Assembly (NCBI GenBank): GCA_963736855.1
Contig: CAVTQK010000020.1
Coordinates: 105,670 to 169,669, forward strand
Direction: 5' to 3'
Length of the DNA stretch: 64,000 bases
Source: an uncultured delta proteobacterium
GTDB lineage: Bacteria > Desulfobacterota > Desulfobacteria > Desulfobacterales > UBA2156
Of the stretch, positions 52,290 to 61,789 are shown piece by piece. The position numbers were made by a program, and so were the translations under genes. The notes beneath the pieces are model-generated. The model was not told the origin of the DNA and searched no databases. It was given only the letters and a program-made list of their open reading frames with translations. The first letter of the stretch is position 1. Each line of letters begins with the position of its first letter.

Positions 52290-53519
52290 CTAGACAGGGA
52301 ATACTTCCACCTGGGCTCCCTGGTCCAAACCCTCGGTGTTCATGGGGATGGCGATCAGCCCGTCGGCTTTGACCATGGTGTGAATCAGTCCGGATTTTCC
52401 CAGGATGGGGTCGGCCCAAAGGGAGCCTTCCTTTTGAAGGAGTCGAACCCGGACATAATCGACCCTGCCCTGGGCCGAAGCCAGGTTCCGGGTCAATCGA
52501 GCCGGAATCCCGAACGCCCCTTTTCGGCTTTGTGAAAGACCGGCCAGAGATTCCAGAAAGGGTCGGACCACCACGACAAAAACGATCATGGCTGAAACGA
52601 CATGACCGGGGAGCCCCCAAAACATTTTTCCGCCCACTTGGGCCAAAATGGTGGGTTTTCCGGGGCTGATGGGGATGCCGTGAACCAGGATTTTGGAGTG
52701 CGGCAGGCGGGAAAGGATCTCGACGGTCAAATCGCGGGTTCCCATGGAGCTTCCTCCGGAAAGAAGAACCGCATCGGACTCTTCGAGGGCCTGTGAACAA
52801 CGGTTGAAAAGCGATTCATGATCGTCCTTGACGATCCCGAACATCACCGGAATCCCTCCGCTCTTGGTCACGAGACCCGACAACGTATAACTGTTGATGT
52901 CTCGCAACTGTCCGAAGGAAGGGGTTTGATCGATGGGCACGATTTCATCCCCGGTGGAAATAATCCCGACACGGGGCTTTTTAAAGACCGGAACGGACCG
53001 GACCCCGAAAGCGGCCAATAGGCCGGCTTCCTGGGGTCGGATGCGGTTTCCTGCGGCAAGGATCGTTTCGGATTCCTTGAAATCTTCTCCGGACAGAATG
53101 ACGTTTTGACCGGGCGCGACACTCTTAAAAACCTCGATGGCGTGATCGTCGAGTTTTTCCGTGTGTTCGATCATCACCACGCTGTCGGTCCCCGTAGGAA
53201 GCATCCCGCCGGTGGGAATGTAAGCGGTCTCGCCGGGGCCTAGTGCAAAATCAGGCGGCCGGCCCATGAAAACCTCCCCTTTCACGGTGAGGTATCCGGG
53301 ATTCGATTCCGTGGATCCGAAGGTGGAAGCAGCCTTGACGGCGTAACCGTCCACGATGGACCGGGCAAATTCCGGAAGGTTTTGATCGGCGATTACATCT
53401 TTGGCCAAAATTCTGTCCATGGCCTCGGCAAGGGAAACCGTTTCGGTTCCGGTCGTTGAAAATTCGGTCGTATATTCCAAAACCCGTTCTAGGGATGTGA
53501 CCTGAAAGAATTCTTTCAT
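52290..53519 (-). CDS. moeA: Molybdopterin molybdotransferase
   Basis: SIVDGYAV, PTGGMLP, STGDEI, SGGSSMG, PGKPT, GLPGH. Confidence 0.92.
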   Translation of the reverse strand: MKEFFQVTSLERVLEYTTEFSTTGTETVSLAEAMDRILAKDVIADQNLPEFARSIVDGYAVKAASTFGSTESNPGYLTVKGEVFMGRPPDFALGPGETAYIPTGGMLPTGTDSVVMIEHTEKLDDHAIEVFKSVAPGQNVILSGEDFKESETILAAGNRIRPQEAGLLAAFGVRSVPVFKKPRVGIISTGDEIVPIDQTPSFGQLRDINSYTLSGLVTKSGGIPVMFGIVKDDHESLFNRCSQALEESDAVLLSGGSSMGTRDLTVEILSRLPHSKILVHGIPISPGKPTILAQVGGKMFWGLPGHVVSAMIVFVVVVRPFLESLAGLSQSRKGAFGIPARLTRNLASAQGRVDYVRVRLLQKEGSLWADPILGKSGLIHTMVKADGLIAIPMNTEGLDQGAQVEVFPV

Positions 53520-53666
53520 CTCGGTATGATCCTGATTCTGATGCCGGTATGGGTCTGTATGATCAACAAGTATCACAGTTGCATGGACGATTCAATTCGT
53601 AGAATGGGGGAAGGAGACCGGCTGCATGAATTATGATCAAGCTTATTCGACGGTCTCTTTGTCGGA

Positions 53667-54764
53667 TCATGGATTCAGCAGATCGCAGATGAAACGGGCG
53701 GCTTCCCATGCGCCGTTTTGTTGCAATTGTCGCTTTTCTCCGGTTCCGATCCATTCTTTAAGCTGAAGGATCCAATCCCCGGCGTAAAAGATGTCCGCCG
53801 GGATCCGGCGGCCGGACATTCTTTTTTCGATAAAATCCACCAGGACCGAAGACTCGGCAAAATCGGGTCGGGGGATGAAACCGAAGGGGATGCCGGCACT
53901 GTAAACTTCGGCCAGGGTACTGTAGCCGGCCTTTCCGATCACTCCGTCCGAGGCAAAAACCAGGTCCGGATGATAAAGATCGCTTTGCTGGGGCAGCAGC
54001 CACACATTATCCTGCCGGCCACCGGCATCGCTTCCGCCTGCAATGATGAACTGGAAGCCTTCTGCTTCCTTGAGCCTGGAGAGAAAAGACATTTGATCCG
54101 GTATTCCGCCCAACGTAATCAGAACCAACGCTTGTTCGTCGGGAATCCCCAAATGCTTCCGGACGGTTTGCGGGTCTGTCCGGGGTCTCCGGGAAATGGG
54201 GGGAAGGGTGAGGCATCCGGTTGCCTTACGGCAGATCGGTTCCGTTTGAATCCGATGGTCGACCGTGTCGAAAAGAAAGTGCAGGTAATCGATATGCCTT
54301 TTGACTTTTTTGGAAAAATCCGGATAACCGGCATACAGCCAGTCCCAGGTGAAATTTTCCACCAAGACCGAGGGAAGCCCGGCTTTTTTCGCCACTGCAA
54401 TTCCCAAAGGAGAGATGTCACAAAGGACCGCCCGGCACATCAGCTCAGATATTTTTTCCGTCAGCGAATGGAGAAGACGGGGATCGAAGGGAAAAAAAGC
54501 GTCCAGCAGTTGGGCGGTTTCATCCAGATCTTCTAAAAAAGGAGAGCGCTGCACAAAACCCACATCGGTGACCATGGGATGGTGGGTAAATCGTTTCGAA
54601 AGCGGGAAATCAAAAAACCAGCGAGATATGGTGGTGAAAAGATGGAAATGAACGGCATCATCCATCTCGATCAAATGCTCAAGAATTGCCGTTGTCCGGG
54701 AGGCATGGCCGAATCCGTGGGCCGATATAAAGCAGGCCACGTGTTTTTTCGATGAACTTTTCAT
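53667..54764 (-). CDS. GT-B glycosyltransferase-like protein
   Basis: ISAHGFGHASR, ENFTWDW, ITLGG, GKAGYSTLAE. Confidence 0.7.
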   Translation of the reverse strand: MKSSSKKHVACFISAHGFGHASRTTAILEHLIEMDDAVHFHLFTTISRWFFDFPLSKRFTHHPMVTDVGFVQRSPFLEDLDETAQLLDAFFPFDPRLLHSLTEKISELMCRAVLCDISPLGIAVAKKAGLPSVLVENFTWDWLYAGYPDFSKKVKRHIDYLHFLFDTVDHRIQTEPICRKATGCLTLPPISRRPRTDPQTVRKHLGIPDEQALVLITLGGIPDQMSFLSRLKEAEGFQFIIAGGSDAGGRQDNVWLLPQQSDLYHPDLVFASDGVIGKAGYSTLAEVYSAGIPFGFIPRPDFAESSVLVDFIEKRMSGRRIPADIFYAGDWILQLKEWIGTGEKRQLQQNGAWEAARFICDLLNP

Positions 54765-54833
54765 CAGGTATGAGAAATGCAGATTTTTTCGGATTTAAAA
54801 AAAAAGGAGCCTCATGACGGAAACCACCGATTC

Positions 54834-55373
54834 CTAAACCGGACCGATCAGCGGCTCGAAGTTCTTGAGGCCGGTCTCATCCAGGATGCCCATCTTCAGG
54901 GAAAGCTCGGGCGAGATTAGCGCAAAGACAGCCCTTGAGCGCGAGCAAATTTCTCCTGCAGGGTTTAACAGTTTTGCTTCCATGACCGCTTCACGCTCGC
55001 TGATCTGTTCTTGAATCCGACCCTGGATTTGGAGCGCTTCACCGATTAAAACCGGCTTGAGAAAATCGACGGTCATGGTCTTGGTCAGGATCACTTTTTT
55101 AAAAAAATAGATAGCACTCCAACTCATGACCTCATCCAACAACGTAGAAATCACGCCCCCGTGCACCAGCCTGTCCCATCCGCAAAGATGTTCCGGAACG
55201 GTCACCCAGGAAAAGACCGATTCATCGTCGGTAAAAAAGGTCATCTTCAACCCGTGGGGGTTTTTGGGGCTGCACCCGAAGCAGCGGTGATTGCCGCGGT
55301 TGGGGATGCGTTTCAGGCCGCCCCCATTTTTTTCTTTTCCTGTGTTTCTATTTTCGACAAGCGTCATCCTCAA
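54834..55373 (-). CDS. PaaI-family hotdog thioesterase
   Basis: CFGCSPKNPHGL, VHGGVISTLLDEVM. Confidence 0.88.
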   Translation of the reverse strand: MRMTLVENRNTGKEKNGGGLKRIPNRGNHRCFGCSPKNPHGLKMTFFTDDESVFSWVTVPEHLCGWDRLVHGGVISTLLDEVMSWSAIYFFKKVILTKTMTVDFLKPVLIGEALQIQGRIQEQISEREAVMEAKLLNPAGEICSRSRAVFALISPELSLKMGILDETGLKNFEPLIGPV

Positions 55374-55435
55374 TTCCTTTCTCAGAGAAAGCCCATTATC
55401 CTTTTCATAGTCCAGGGTTGTTTGTCCATAAGTTT

Positions 55436-55588
55436 GATGAAATTGTAAAAACTCAAAATTGGGATGGCAAAGTAAAAAGCTTCAGATGCAAGGCGCGCAA
55501 ATTCTGAGGAATGAGGCGTACATATGGGTACGCCGCAATGACGAAGGATGCAGCGCAACGTAGTAGATGGACTTTTTACGAAGCCATC
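55436..55588. mobile_element. MITE copy 5 (153-bp subfamily)
   Basis: GATGAAATTGTAAAAAC / CTTTTTACGAAGCCATC; AAGTTT direct repeat. Confidence 0.88.
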
Positions 55589-55602
55589 AAGTTTAAAAAG
55601 GC

Positions 55603-55650
55603 TTGACAGAACCTATCGAGCGACATATTGTTCGAAACATGTCGAACAAT
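55603..55650 (+). promoter_or_regulatory. arsR promoter and overlapping operator palindrome
   Basis: TTGACA-17 nt-TATTGT; ATTGTTCGA-N6-TCGAACAAT at 55627-55650. Confidence 0.75.
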
Positions 55651-55965
55651 CGAGATAATAACATAGAAAAATTTGCTGAAATATTCAAGGCGCTTTCCAA
55701 CCCGAACCGGCTGAAAATCTTTTTAAGTCTGATTTCCTGCTGCCGGCCGGGAACGATCATGAGTCTCAGTTCCGAAAATAATGAAGAAAGCTGTGCCTGC
55801 GTCGGAGAACTCGGCAAGGACCTGGGCATCGCACCTTCAACCCTTTCACATCATATCAAGGAGTTGCGTCGGGCAGGACTCATCCGTATGGAGCGGCGGG
55901 GGCAAAAAATCGATTGCTGGATCGATCCGGCGACCCTGAAAGCCTTGAAGGAGTTTTTTCCCTGA
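55639..55965 (+). CDS. arsR: ArsR/SmtB-family repressor
   Basis: FKALSNPNRLKI, CACVGEL, STLSHHIKEL, ERRGQ. Confidence 0.9.
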   Translation: MSNNRDNNIEKFAEIFKALSNPNRLKIFLSLISCCRPGTIMSLSSENNEESCACVGELGKDLGIAPSTLSHHIKELRRAGLIRMERRGQKIDCWIDPATLKALKEFFP

Positions 55966-55991
55966 ATAAAAGAAAATTTTTTGACCATCAT

Positions 55992-56009
55992 TTTCGATAT
56001 TTTTCGAAA
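55992..56009 (+). promoter_or_regulatory. Second putative ArsR operator upstream of arsM
   Basis: TTTCGA-N6-TCGAAA, same core and spacing as the arsR site. Confidence 0.6.
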
Positions 56010-56059
56010 TTTCTAATCGGCCGGTGAAAACCGATTTTGCCGAACTCAAAGGAGGCAAA

Positions 56060-56915
56060 TATGTCCGTTCAGGATCAGGAAAAAGTGCGTCAAAATGTTC
56101 GAGAAAGATATGGCCGGATCGCAGACAGCGGCAAAACTGGGTGTAAAGCGGAGGCGGCAATGTCTTGCTGTGGGAAACCCGGTGATTTTTTAACAGGAAC
56201 TCCGGCAACAACCTGCTGCGGGAGTCAGGACTTGAGTCCGGAACAACTGGCCCAAATTATGGGGTATACCCAGGACCAGCTCAGCGGCATTCCGGAAGGC
56301 GCCAACATGGGATTGGGCTGCGGAAACCCCGCGGCTCTTTCTTCCCTAAAACCCGGAGAAACGGTGCTGGATCTGGGAGCCGGTGGCGGGTTCGATTGCT
56401 TCCTGGCAGCTCGGCAGATAGGTGAAACCGGGCATGTCATCGGCGTAGACATGACTCCTGAAATGGTCTCAAAGGCTCGCCTCAATGCCGAAAAAGCGGG
56501 GGCAAAAAATGTCGAATTCCGTTTGGGGGAGATCGAACATCTGCCGGTGGCGGATAACATGGTGGACATTATACTTTCCAACTGCGTCATCAATCTTTCT
56601 CCTGACAAGGCCGCAGTCTTCAAGGAAGCGTTTCGGGTGCTGAAACCAGGAGGCCGCCTGGCGATTTCGGACATCGTGGCAATAAAAGAACTCCCCGATG
56701 AAATCCGCAAGAACATGGCCCTTGTAACGTCTTGCATCGGCGGGGCTGCAACAGTGGAGGCTCTTGAAAAGATGCTGGTTGAAGCCGGTTTTAAAAAGAT
56801 CCAAATCGTGCCCAATGAAGAAAGCCGGGAACTCATCCGCCAATGGGACCCGCATCCCGGTAAAAACCTCGCGGATTATGTAGCCTCCGCCGATATCGAG
56901 GCGGTAAAACCTTGA
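56060..56915 (+). CDS. arsM: Arsenite methyltransferase
   Basis: GGAGG + ATG; ANMGLGCGNP, LDLGAGGGFD, SNCVINLSPDK, SCIGGA. Confidence 0.92.
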
Positions 56916-57066
56916 TGAACTCGTAAAAAGTCAAAAATCAGATGGCAAAGTAAAAAGTTCAAGTTCAAGGCGTCGCGAATCCCGTGTGATGAGGCGTACT
57001 TATCGTACGTCGAAATCGCAACGGGATGAAGCGCAACGCAGAAATTGGACTTTTTACGAAGCCATC
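56914..57066. mobile_element. MITE copy 6 (153-bp subfamily)
   Basis: GATGAACTCGTAAAAAG / CTTTTTACGAAGCCATC; AAACCTT direct repeat; overlaps the arsM stop codon. Confidence 0.88.
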
Positions 57067-57135
57067 AAACCTTCAAAGGAATAAAAGATCAACCGCATTA
57101 CTTCCTTCTCCGGAATGAGCGACATAATCTATGGA

Positions 57136-59187
57136 CTATGAGCTGCCGCTTAGGGCTCGCCAGTCGAGAATCTGGCAGCCGGCGGGGCGAATCCGCACGG
57201 GGTTCAGATCGAGTTCCTGAATGTGCGGGCAGTCGGTGAGCAGCCAGGAGACTTTCACGATGAGGTCGACGAAGGCTTTGCGATCCGGCGGCGGTTCGCC
57301 TCGCACTCCGGAAAGCAGGGCGGCGCCTCGGCTTTCCTCGATCAACTTCTCGACCTCAGCGGGCATCACCGGAGCCACCCGAATAGCCGTCTCTTTCAAT
57401 AGCTCGACGTAGATGCCCCCGAGGCCCACCACCACCACCGGGCCGAACTGTCGGTCCTGGCGGCCGCCAACAAACCATTCTATGCCCGGCGCGGCCATCT
57501 TCTGGACCAGCACCGCCGGCCCGAATTCGGCAAGTTGTCGGTATGCCTGGCGCACCGCCTCATCTTCGGCCAGGTGCAAACGCACCGCCCCCACGTCGGT
57601 CTTGTGCAGGACCTCGGGGTTGGCAGTCTTCAGGGCAACGGGCAGCCCGATGCGGCGAGCCGCATCGAGAACGGTCTGTTCGGAATACACAACCTCAAAG
57701 GGAATAAGGGGCACCCTGTAGCTTTCCAGAATCGCCGCCAGGGCACCGGGGGCTACTGGACCGGACGCCAGATCGGCCGATGCCGCCGCGCAGGCCGGAC
57801 CGAGCCCGGGTGGGCGCTCGATGGCCAGCGGCAGCGGTTTGACGCAAGCCCGATCCCGCACCGCCGCCAGTACTCGCAGTGCCTCGCGCGGGTCGGTAAA
57901 AATCGGAGAGCTGACCGCCCGCCGGTTGAAATCGAGCTCCTTTTTCATGGTGAACAGGCATAGGGCCGCGGGCTTATTGAACCGGCCGCTCAACTCGCCG
58001 AGGCCGGCAATCAGCTTCCTCGATTCCTCAGCATCGAAAGTCCCCTGATAATTGTAAACAAACAGCAATCCGTCGAACTCGTCGCGACCGAGAGCGCGCT
58101 CCGCCAGTTCCCTGTAGAGCGGCAGGTGGTAGAGGTCCCCCAGGTCCATGGGATTGTGTAGGTCGATGACCTGCGCCCTTGAGTGCTGGTGGACCAGCGC
58201 GATCATCTCCGGGGGGAAGGGTGGCAGCTCAAAGCCAAATTCATCCGCCGCATCGGCGGCCATCACCGCGTGCCCGCCTGATCTCGAAATGATCGCCAGA
58301 CGGGGCCCATGCATGGGCGGCAGGAGCATCCCCTTGAAGAGCTCAACCGCTTCGCGCTGATCGTTGACCCGAATCATTCCGCATTGCCGGAAGGCCGCAT
58401 CGACCACCGCATCGTCGGTAGAAAGCGAGGTCGAATGAGAGCGCGCGATCACGGACCCGGATTGCCCCCGGTTGGACTTATGGACGATGATGGGCTTGGC
58501 AGATCGAGCGGCGATCTCCATCAAGCGCCGTCCGTCGGCAATACCCTCGATGTAGCAGAAGGTGAGGTCCGTCTCCGAGTCCCGGCTGAAATAGTCCAGC
58601 AGGTCGTTTTCGTTGATGTTGAGTTTGTTGCCGATGCTGGCAAACTTGCTGAACCCGATGTTTTCCGCGGCCATGGAATTCACCATCGTCCCACCGACGC
58701 CGCCGCTCTGAGATACAATCGAGATCCTTCCGGGTGCGGCTTCCGCCTTGAACGGCATGAACGGCACCGCCAGTCCGGAGCGGCGGTTGATGATGCCGAT
58801 GCAGTTGGGACCCATGACCCGCAGCCGATAGTGCTCGATAATCTCGCGCATTTGGGACTCGAGATACCCTCGCTCCTCACCCAGTTCGCCGAACCCCCCC
58901 GATTCGATCACCACCCGCTCAATGCCGCGCTCTCCACACTGGCGCAGCACTTCCGGCACCGACTGGGCCGGAATCAGCACCACTGCCAGATCGACCGGCT
59001 CGGGCAGCTCGAGAACGCTCGGATAGATCTTGTGCCCCAGGAACGCCCCTCCCTTCGGACCCACCAGGTACATGACTCCGCTGTAACGAAATTCGGTCAT
59101 GTTGAAGACCATCAAACGCCCGAGGTTGCCCTTGGAATTGGATACGCCGACCAATGCCACGCTCTTCGCCTCGAAAAACCGCTCCAT
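57136..59187 (-). CDS. ADP-forming acyl/acetate-CoA ligase (fused alpha-beta)
   Basis: SVALVGVS, GPNCIG, SQSGG, ARSHSTS, HKTDVGAV, ELDLNPV. Confidence 0.9.
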   Translation of the reverse strand: MERFFEAKSVALVGVSNSKGNLGRLMVFNMTEFRYSGVMYLVGPKGGAFLGHKIYPSVLELPEPVDLAVVLIPAQSVPEVLRQCGERGIERVVIESGGFGELGEERGYLESQMREIIEHYRLRVMGPNCIGIINRRSGLAVPFMPFKAEAAPGRISIVSQSGGVGGTMVNSMAAENIGFSKFASIGNKLNINENDLLDYFSRDSETDLTFCYIEGIADGRRLMEIAARSAKPIIVHKSNRGQSGSVIARSHSTSLSTDDAVVDAAFRQCGMIRVNDQREAVELFKGMLLPPMHGPRLAIISRSGGHAVMAADAADEFGFELPPFPPEMIALVHQHSRAQVIDLHNPMDLGDLYHLPLYRELAERALGRDEFDGLLFVYNYQGTFDAEESRKLIAGLGELSGRFNKPAALCLFTMKKELDFNRRAVSSPIFTDPREALRVLAAVRDRACVKPLPLAIERPPGLGPACAAASADLASGPVAPGALAAILESYRVPLIPFEVVYSEQTVLDAARRIGLPVALKTANPEVLHKTDVGAVRLHLAEDEAVRQAYRQLAEFGPAVLVQKMAAPGIEWFVGGRQDRQFGPVVVVGLGGIYVELLKETAIRVAPVMPAEVEKLIEESRGAALLSGVRGEPPPDRKAFVDLIVKVSWLLTDCPHIQELDLNPVRIRPAGCQILDWRALSGSS

Positions 59188-59854
59188 GAATCCTCCGATC
59201 CCTATGTGAATTCCTGGTTTTGCCGTAGCACGCAGACAGGTGAGCTGTGTTCAAAAATGAAACGAAACGATTGGCAACATAAACACAACCGGTTTTCGAT
59301 GCAAGGATAAACCACCCAATCCGATCATCACCTTTTTAAAGGGGTTATCAGATATGCAATGAAACCCTCTGCCCTTTGACTTAGGATTCCGTCGCCGACC
59401 CGGTTTACATTATGGTGCTTACTCTTTAAAAGTTTGTCGGGGCTGACTCGTTGGCGTATGCCCAAATCATATAAAATAACAATATCCTACCGATAAAATT
59501 TTGTTTGACAAAGCATCCGTCTTCAGATAATCAAAAATTGATCAACCACGAAGATCGTGTGTTCCCATATTTCGGGGTACGGACGGTGGCGAAACAAAAT
59601 TCATAATCATGAACAACCCGTCCACAAAAAACAATTTGCTTATCAATATCAATCCATAACCATCTCTTCCAGGGCTATGAAGGCACCTTCTTCCTGTACG
59701 GCGATCGCCCTCTGCTATGGTATCTGCACCCGATTCGAGCAGCCTACATCCAGCAGTTTCCTTCCTTTTTGCGCCCTTTCCCATCCAGCTTCAGGTTTTT
59801 CTGCCACACCGTCTGGTGCCTGTCCTAACGATTCGACCGGTCCGTAGGCGCCCC

Positions 59855-60616
59855 ATGACCCCATTTTTTCGACGCTTGGTGCATGATCTTTCCGTCCGCC
59901 TCCGTCGACAGGTCTCCATTTCGACCCCGTTTGGCCCACTTTGGATTCGGGAACATTCCGACGAACACATCATCGCTGACGAAGTCCTTGTTCAGGACTC
60001 CTACCGTATCAAGGAATGGGACAGGTCCCCACCCCGCCTGATCCTCGACGTAGGTGCCAACGTGGGATGCTTCGCACGGGCGGCCCGCGCCGCATGGCCG
60101 TCTGCCCGGATTGTCTGCGTGGAACCCGCACCGGCCACCTTCGCCCTCCTGAAAAAAAACACAGCCGGACTCAAAGGCATTCGTCTGGTGCGCGGAGCCT
60201 GCGTGAACGACGACCGTAAGAAAGTGGAAATGTGCGCCCCCTCCTACAACCGGGAACTTTACTTCGGCGGCGCCAGGCTTGCCGACATCGCCCCGCTATC
60301 CAGCATCCATGTCTCTGTCCGCGTCGGAACGGCCCCGGCTCTGCGGCTTTCCTGCCTGATCCGCGATCTGCGGGAGACGCCTGACCTTCTGAAATTAGAT
60401 TGCGAAGGTGCGGAAATCTGTATTTTGGAGGACCTATCCCAGGCCGGTTTGCTTCCATACATTCGAGTGGTATGGGGTGAATACCACCCTGGGACACGCG
60501 AGCCCGTCCGACGCCTACTCTCCGCGACGCACGAAATCGAAGACTTCACCAAAAGCGCCAGCCCCCAACCGTCCACTGATTATGGCATGTTTTGTGCCAT
60601 GGCCCGAACATGCTAA
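59855..60616 (+). CDS. FkbM-family methyltransferase
   Basis: ILDVGANVG, CVEP, LLKLDCEGAE, GEYH. Confidence 0.85.
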   Translation: MTPFFRRLVHDLSVRLRRQVSISTPFGPLWIREHSDEHIIADEVLVQDSYRIKEWDRSPPRLILDVGANVGCFARAARAAWPSARIVCVEPAPATFALLKKNTAGLKGIRLVRGACVNDDRKKVEMCAPSYNRELYFGGARLADIAPLSSIHVSVRVGTAPALRLSCLIRDLRETPDLLKLDCEGAEICILEDLSQAGLLPYIRVVWGEYHPGTREPVRRLLSATHEIEDFTKSASPQPSTDYGMFCAMARTC

Positions 60617-60644
60617 AAAAACATCAAATGTTCCGCCCTCCCTC

Positions 60645-60881
60645 CATTCCTTCCCCATCAAAAATTCACTGACCGCCTTGAGCATCTGATGCAAAAGATC
60701 CGTTTCCAATCGTTCAATTTAATTGCTAAGCCACTACAATGGAGATATCGTCTTTTCAGCCATCGGAACCTCTTCTCAGCAAATTTTTACTTTTCCCAAG
60801 AGAATGGTTCTCTATGGCTATTCTTTTTTCAATAACTTTTTAAACCATCAGCGGACTTACACCACGTATGTGGACTTTAAC
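60645..60881 (-). mobile_element. Decayed left end of an IS256-family element
   Basis: GTTAAAGTCCACATACGTGGTGTAAG resembles IS256/IS1081 left IRs; ATG 60763 gives MAEKTISPL*WLSN*IERLETDLLHQMLKAVSEFLMG, like IS256 transposase N-termini. Confidence 0.6.
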
Positions 60882-61050
60882 GATTCCCTATCCCTAAATA
60901 AAAATCGTTCGATGCAATAGCTGCGATCTTTGTTCAAATCGAACAAAATCATTAGAATTTGCTGATTCAATTACGATTGACATCTCATCCTCTTTCCGAT
61001 AATTAAAACCCGTCGGTCACGAGAATTGCATGCCCCCATATCTTGGGTCC

Positions 61051-61127
61051 CGGATGACACCGAAAGACGGAAAGACCTGCGTCCGGATGGTCTGCAACTC
61101 CTGCCTCAATCCCGTGGACGTTCAGAC
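61051..61127 (+). repeat. Diverged copy of 62893-62969 (PLD-helicase 5' coding region)
   Basis: RMTPKDGKTCVRMVCNSCLNPVDVQT vs RMTPEDGETCVRMVCNSCLNPLDVQT. Confidence 0.9.
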
Positions 61128-61213
61128 TGTCGCACCAGAAAAATAGACCTTTCCTGAAAAAAGTGCTAATTTAATCAGCAAGTAGATCTGCCCAGATCAA
61201 CTAAATATATAAT

Positions 61214-61456
61214 ATGGAGGGCACTATGGAACCATTGACAAGAATAACTATCGACCCCGAGGTTATGGGGGGGAAACCCTGTATCAGAGGGATACGGGTC
61301 ACCGTAGGCACCATCGTCGGTCTCATTGCCACCGGTAAAACCGTTGAAGATATCCTTGCGGAATACCCCTACCTGGAACGTGAAGACGTACTGGAAGCCC
61401 TTTCCTATGCTGCATGGCGAGCAGAAGAAAAAGAGATTATCATGGTGAACATTTGA
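61214..61456 (+). CDS. DUF433 antitoxin
   Basis: ITIDPEVMGGKPCIRGIRVTV...EDILAEYPYLEREDV. Confidence 0.9.
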   Translation: MEGTMEPLTRITIDPEVMGGKPCIRGIRVTVGTIVGLIATGKTVEDILAEYPYLEREDVLEALSYAAWRAEEKEIIMVNI

Positions 61457-61757
61457 ATGTGTCCACTGGTCAAATGTCGGTGAATATACCGCCAAAGACA
61501 GCGTCATTATGGCCTATGCACGGGAGTACGGCTACACCGTTTTTACACATGATCTTGACTTCGGAGCCCTGCTTGCCGCCACCCGCGGGACTGGCCCCAG
61601 TGTGATTCAAATACGCACACAAAATGTTGTACCGGAAGCTATTGGTAATCTGGTCTTGAATGCCATCGCTCGCTTCGAAAAAGAACTGCAACAGGGTGCC
61701 CTTATTACAATTGACTCGTATAGTTCCCGAGCACGTGTCCTTCCTTTCCTGGCATAG
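61452..61757 (+). pseudogene. DUF5615/PIN-like toxin lacking its N-terminus
   Basis: FECVHWSNVG...DSVIMAYA...FTHDLDFGALLA...PSVIQIR; stop at 61446 in frame and no N-terminal DxNLS segment. Confidence 0.7.
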
Positions 61758-61789
61758 CTGCCTGGTTGTTATTTTGAAAGGAGAGAGCG

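Noticed and set aside
6597..57066. Repeats as CRISPR, REP or attC sites
   Set aside because: Dispersed, no spacers or cas genes, no GTTRRRY cores; TIRs plus duplications indicate MITEs.
55430..57073. arsRM inserted as one composite transposon
   Set aside because: Outer flanks differ (AAGTTT vs AAACCTT) and each MITE has its own duplication.
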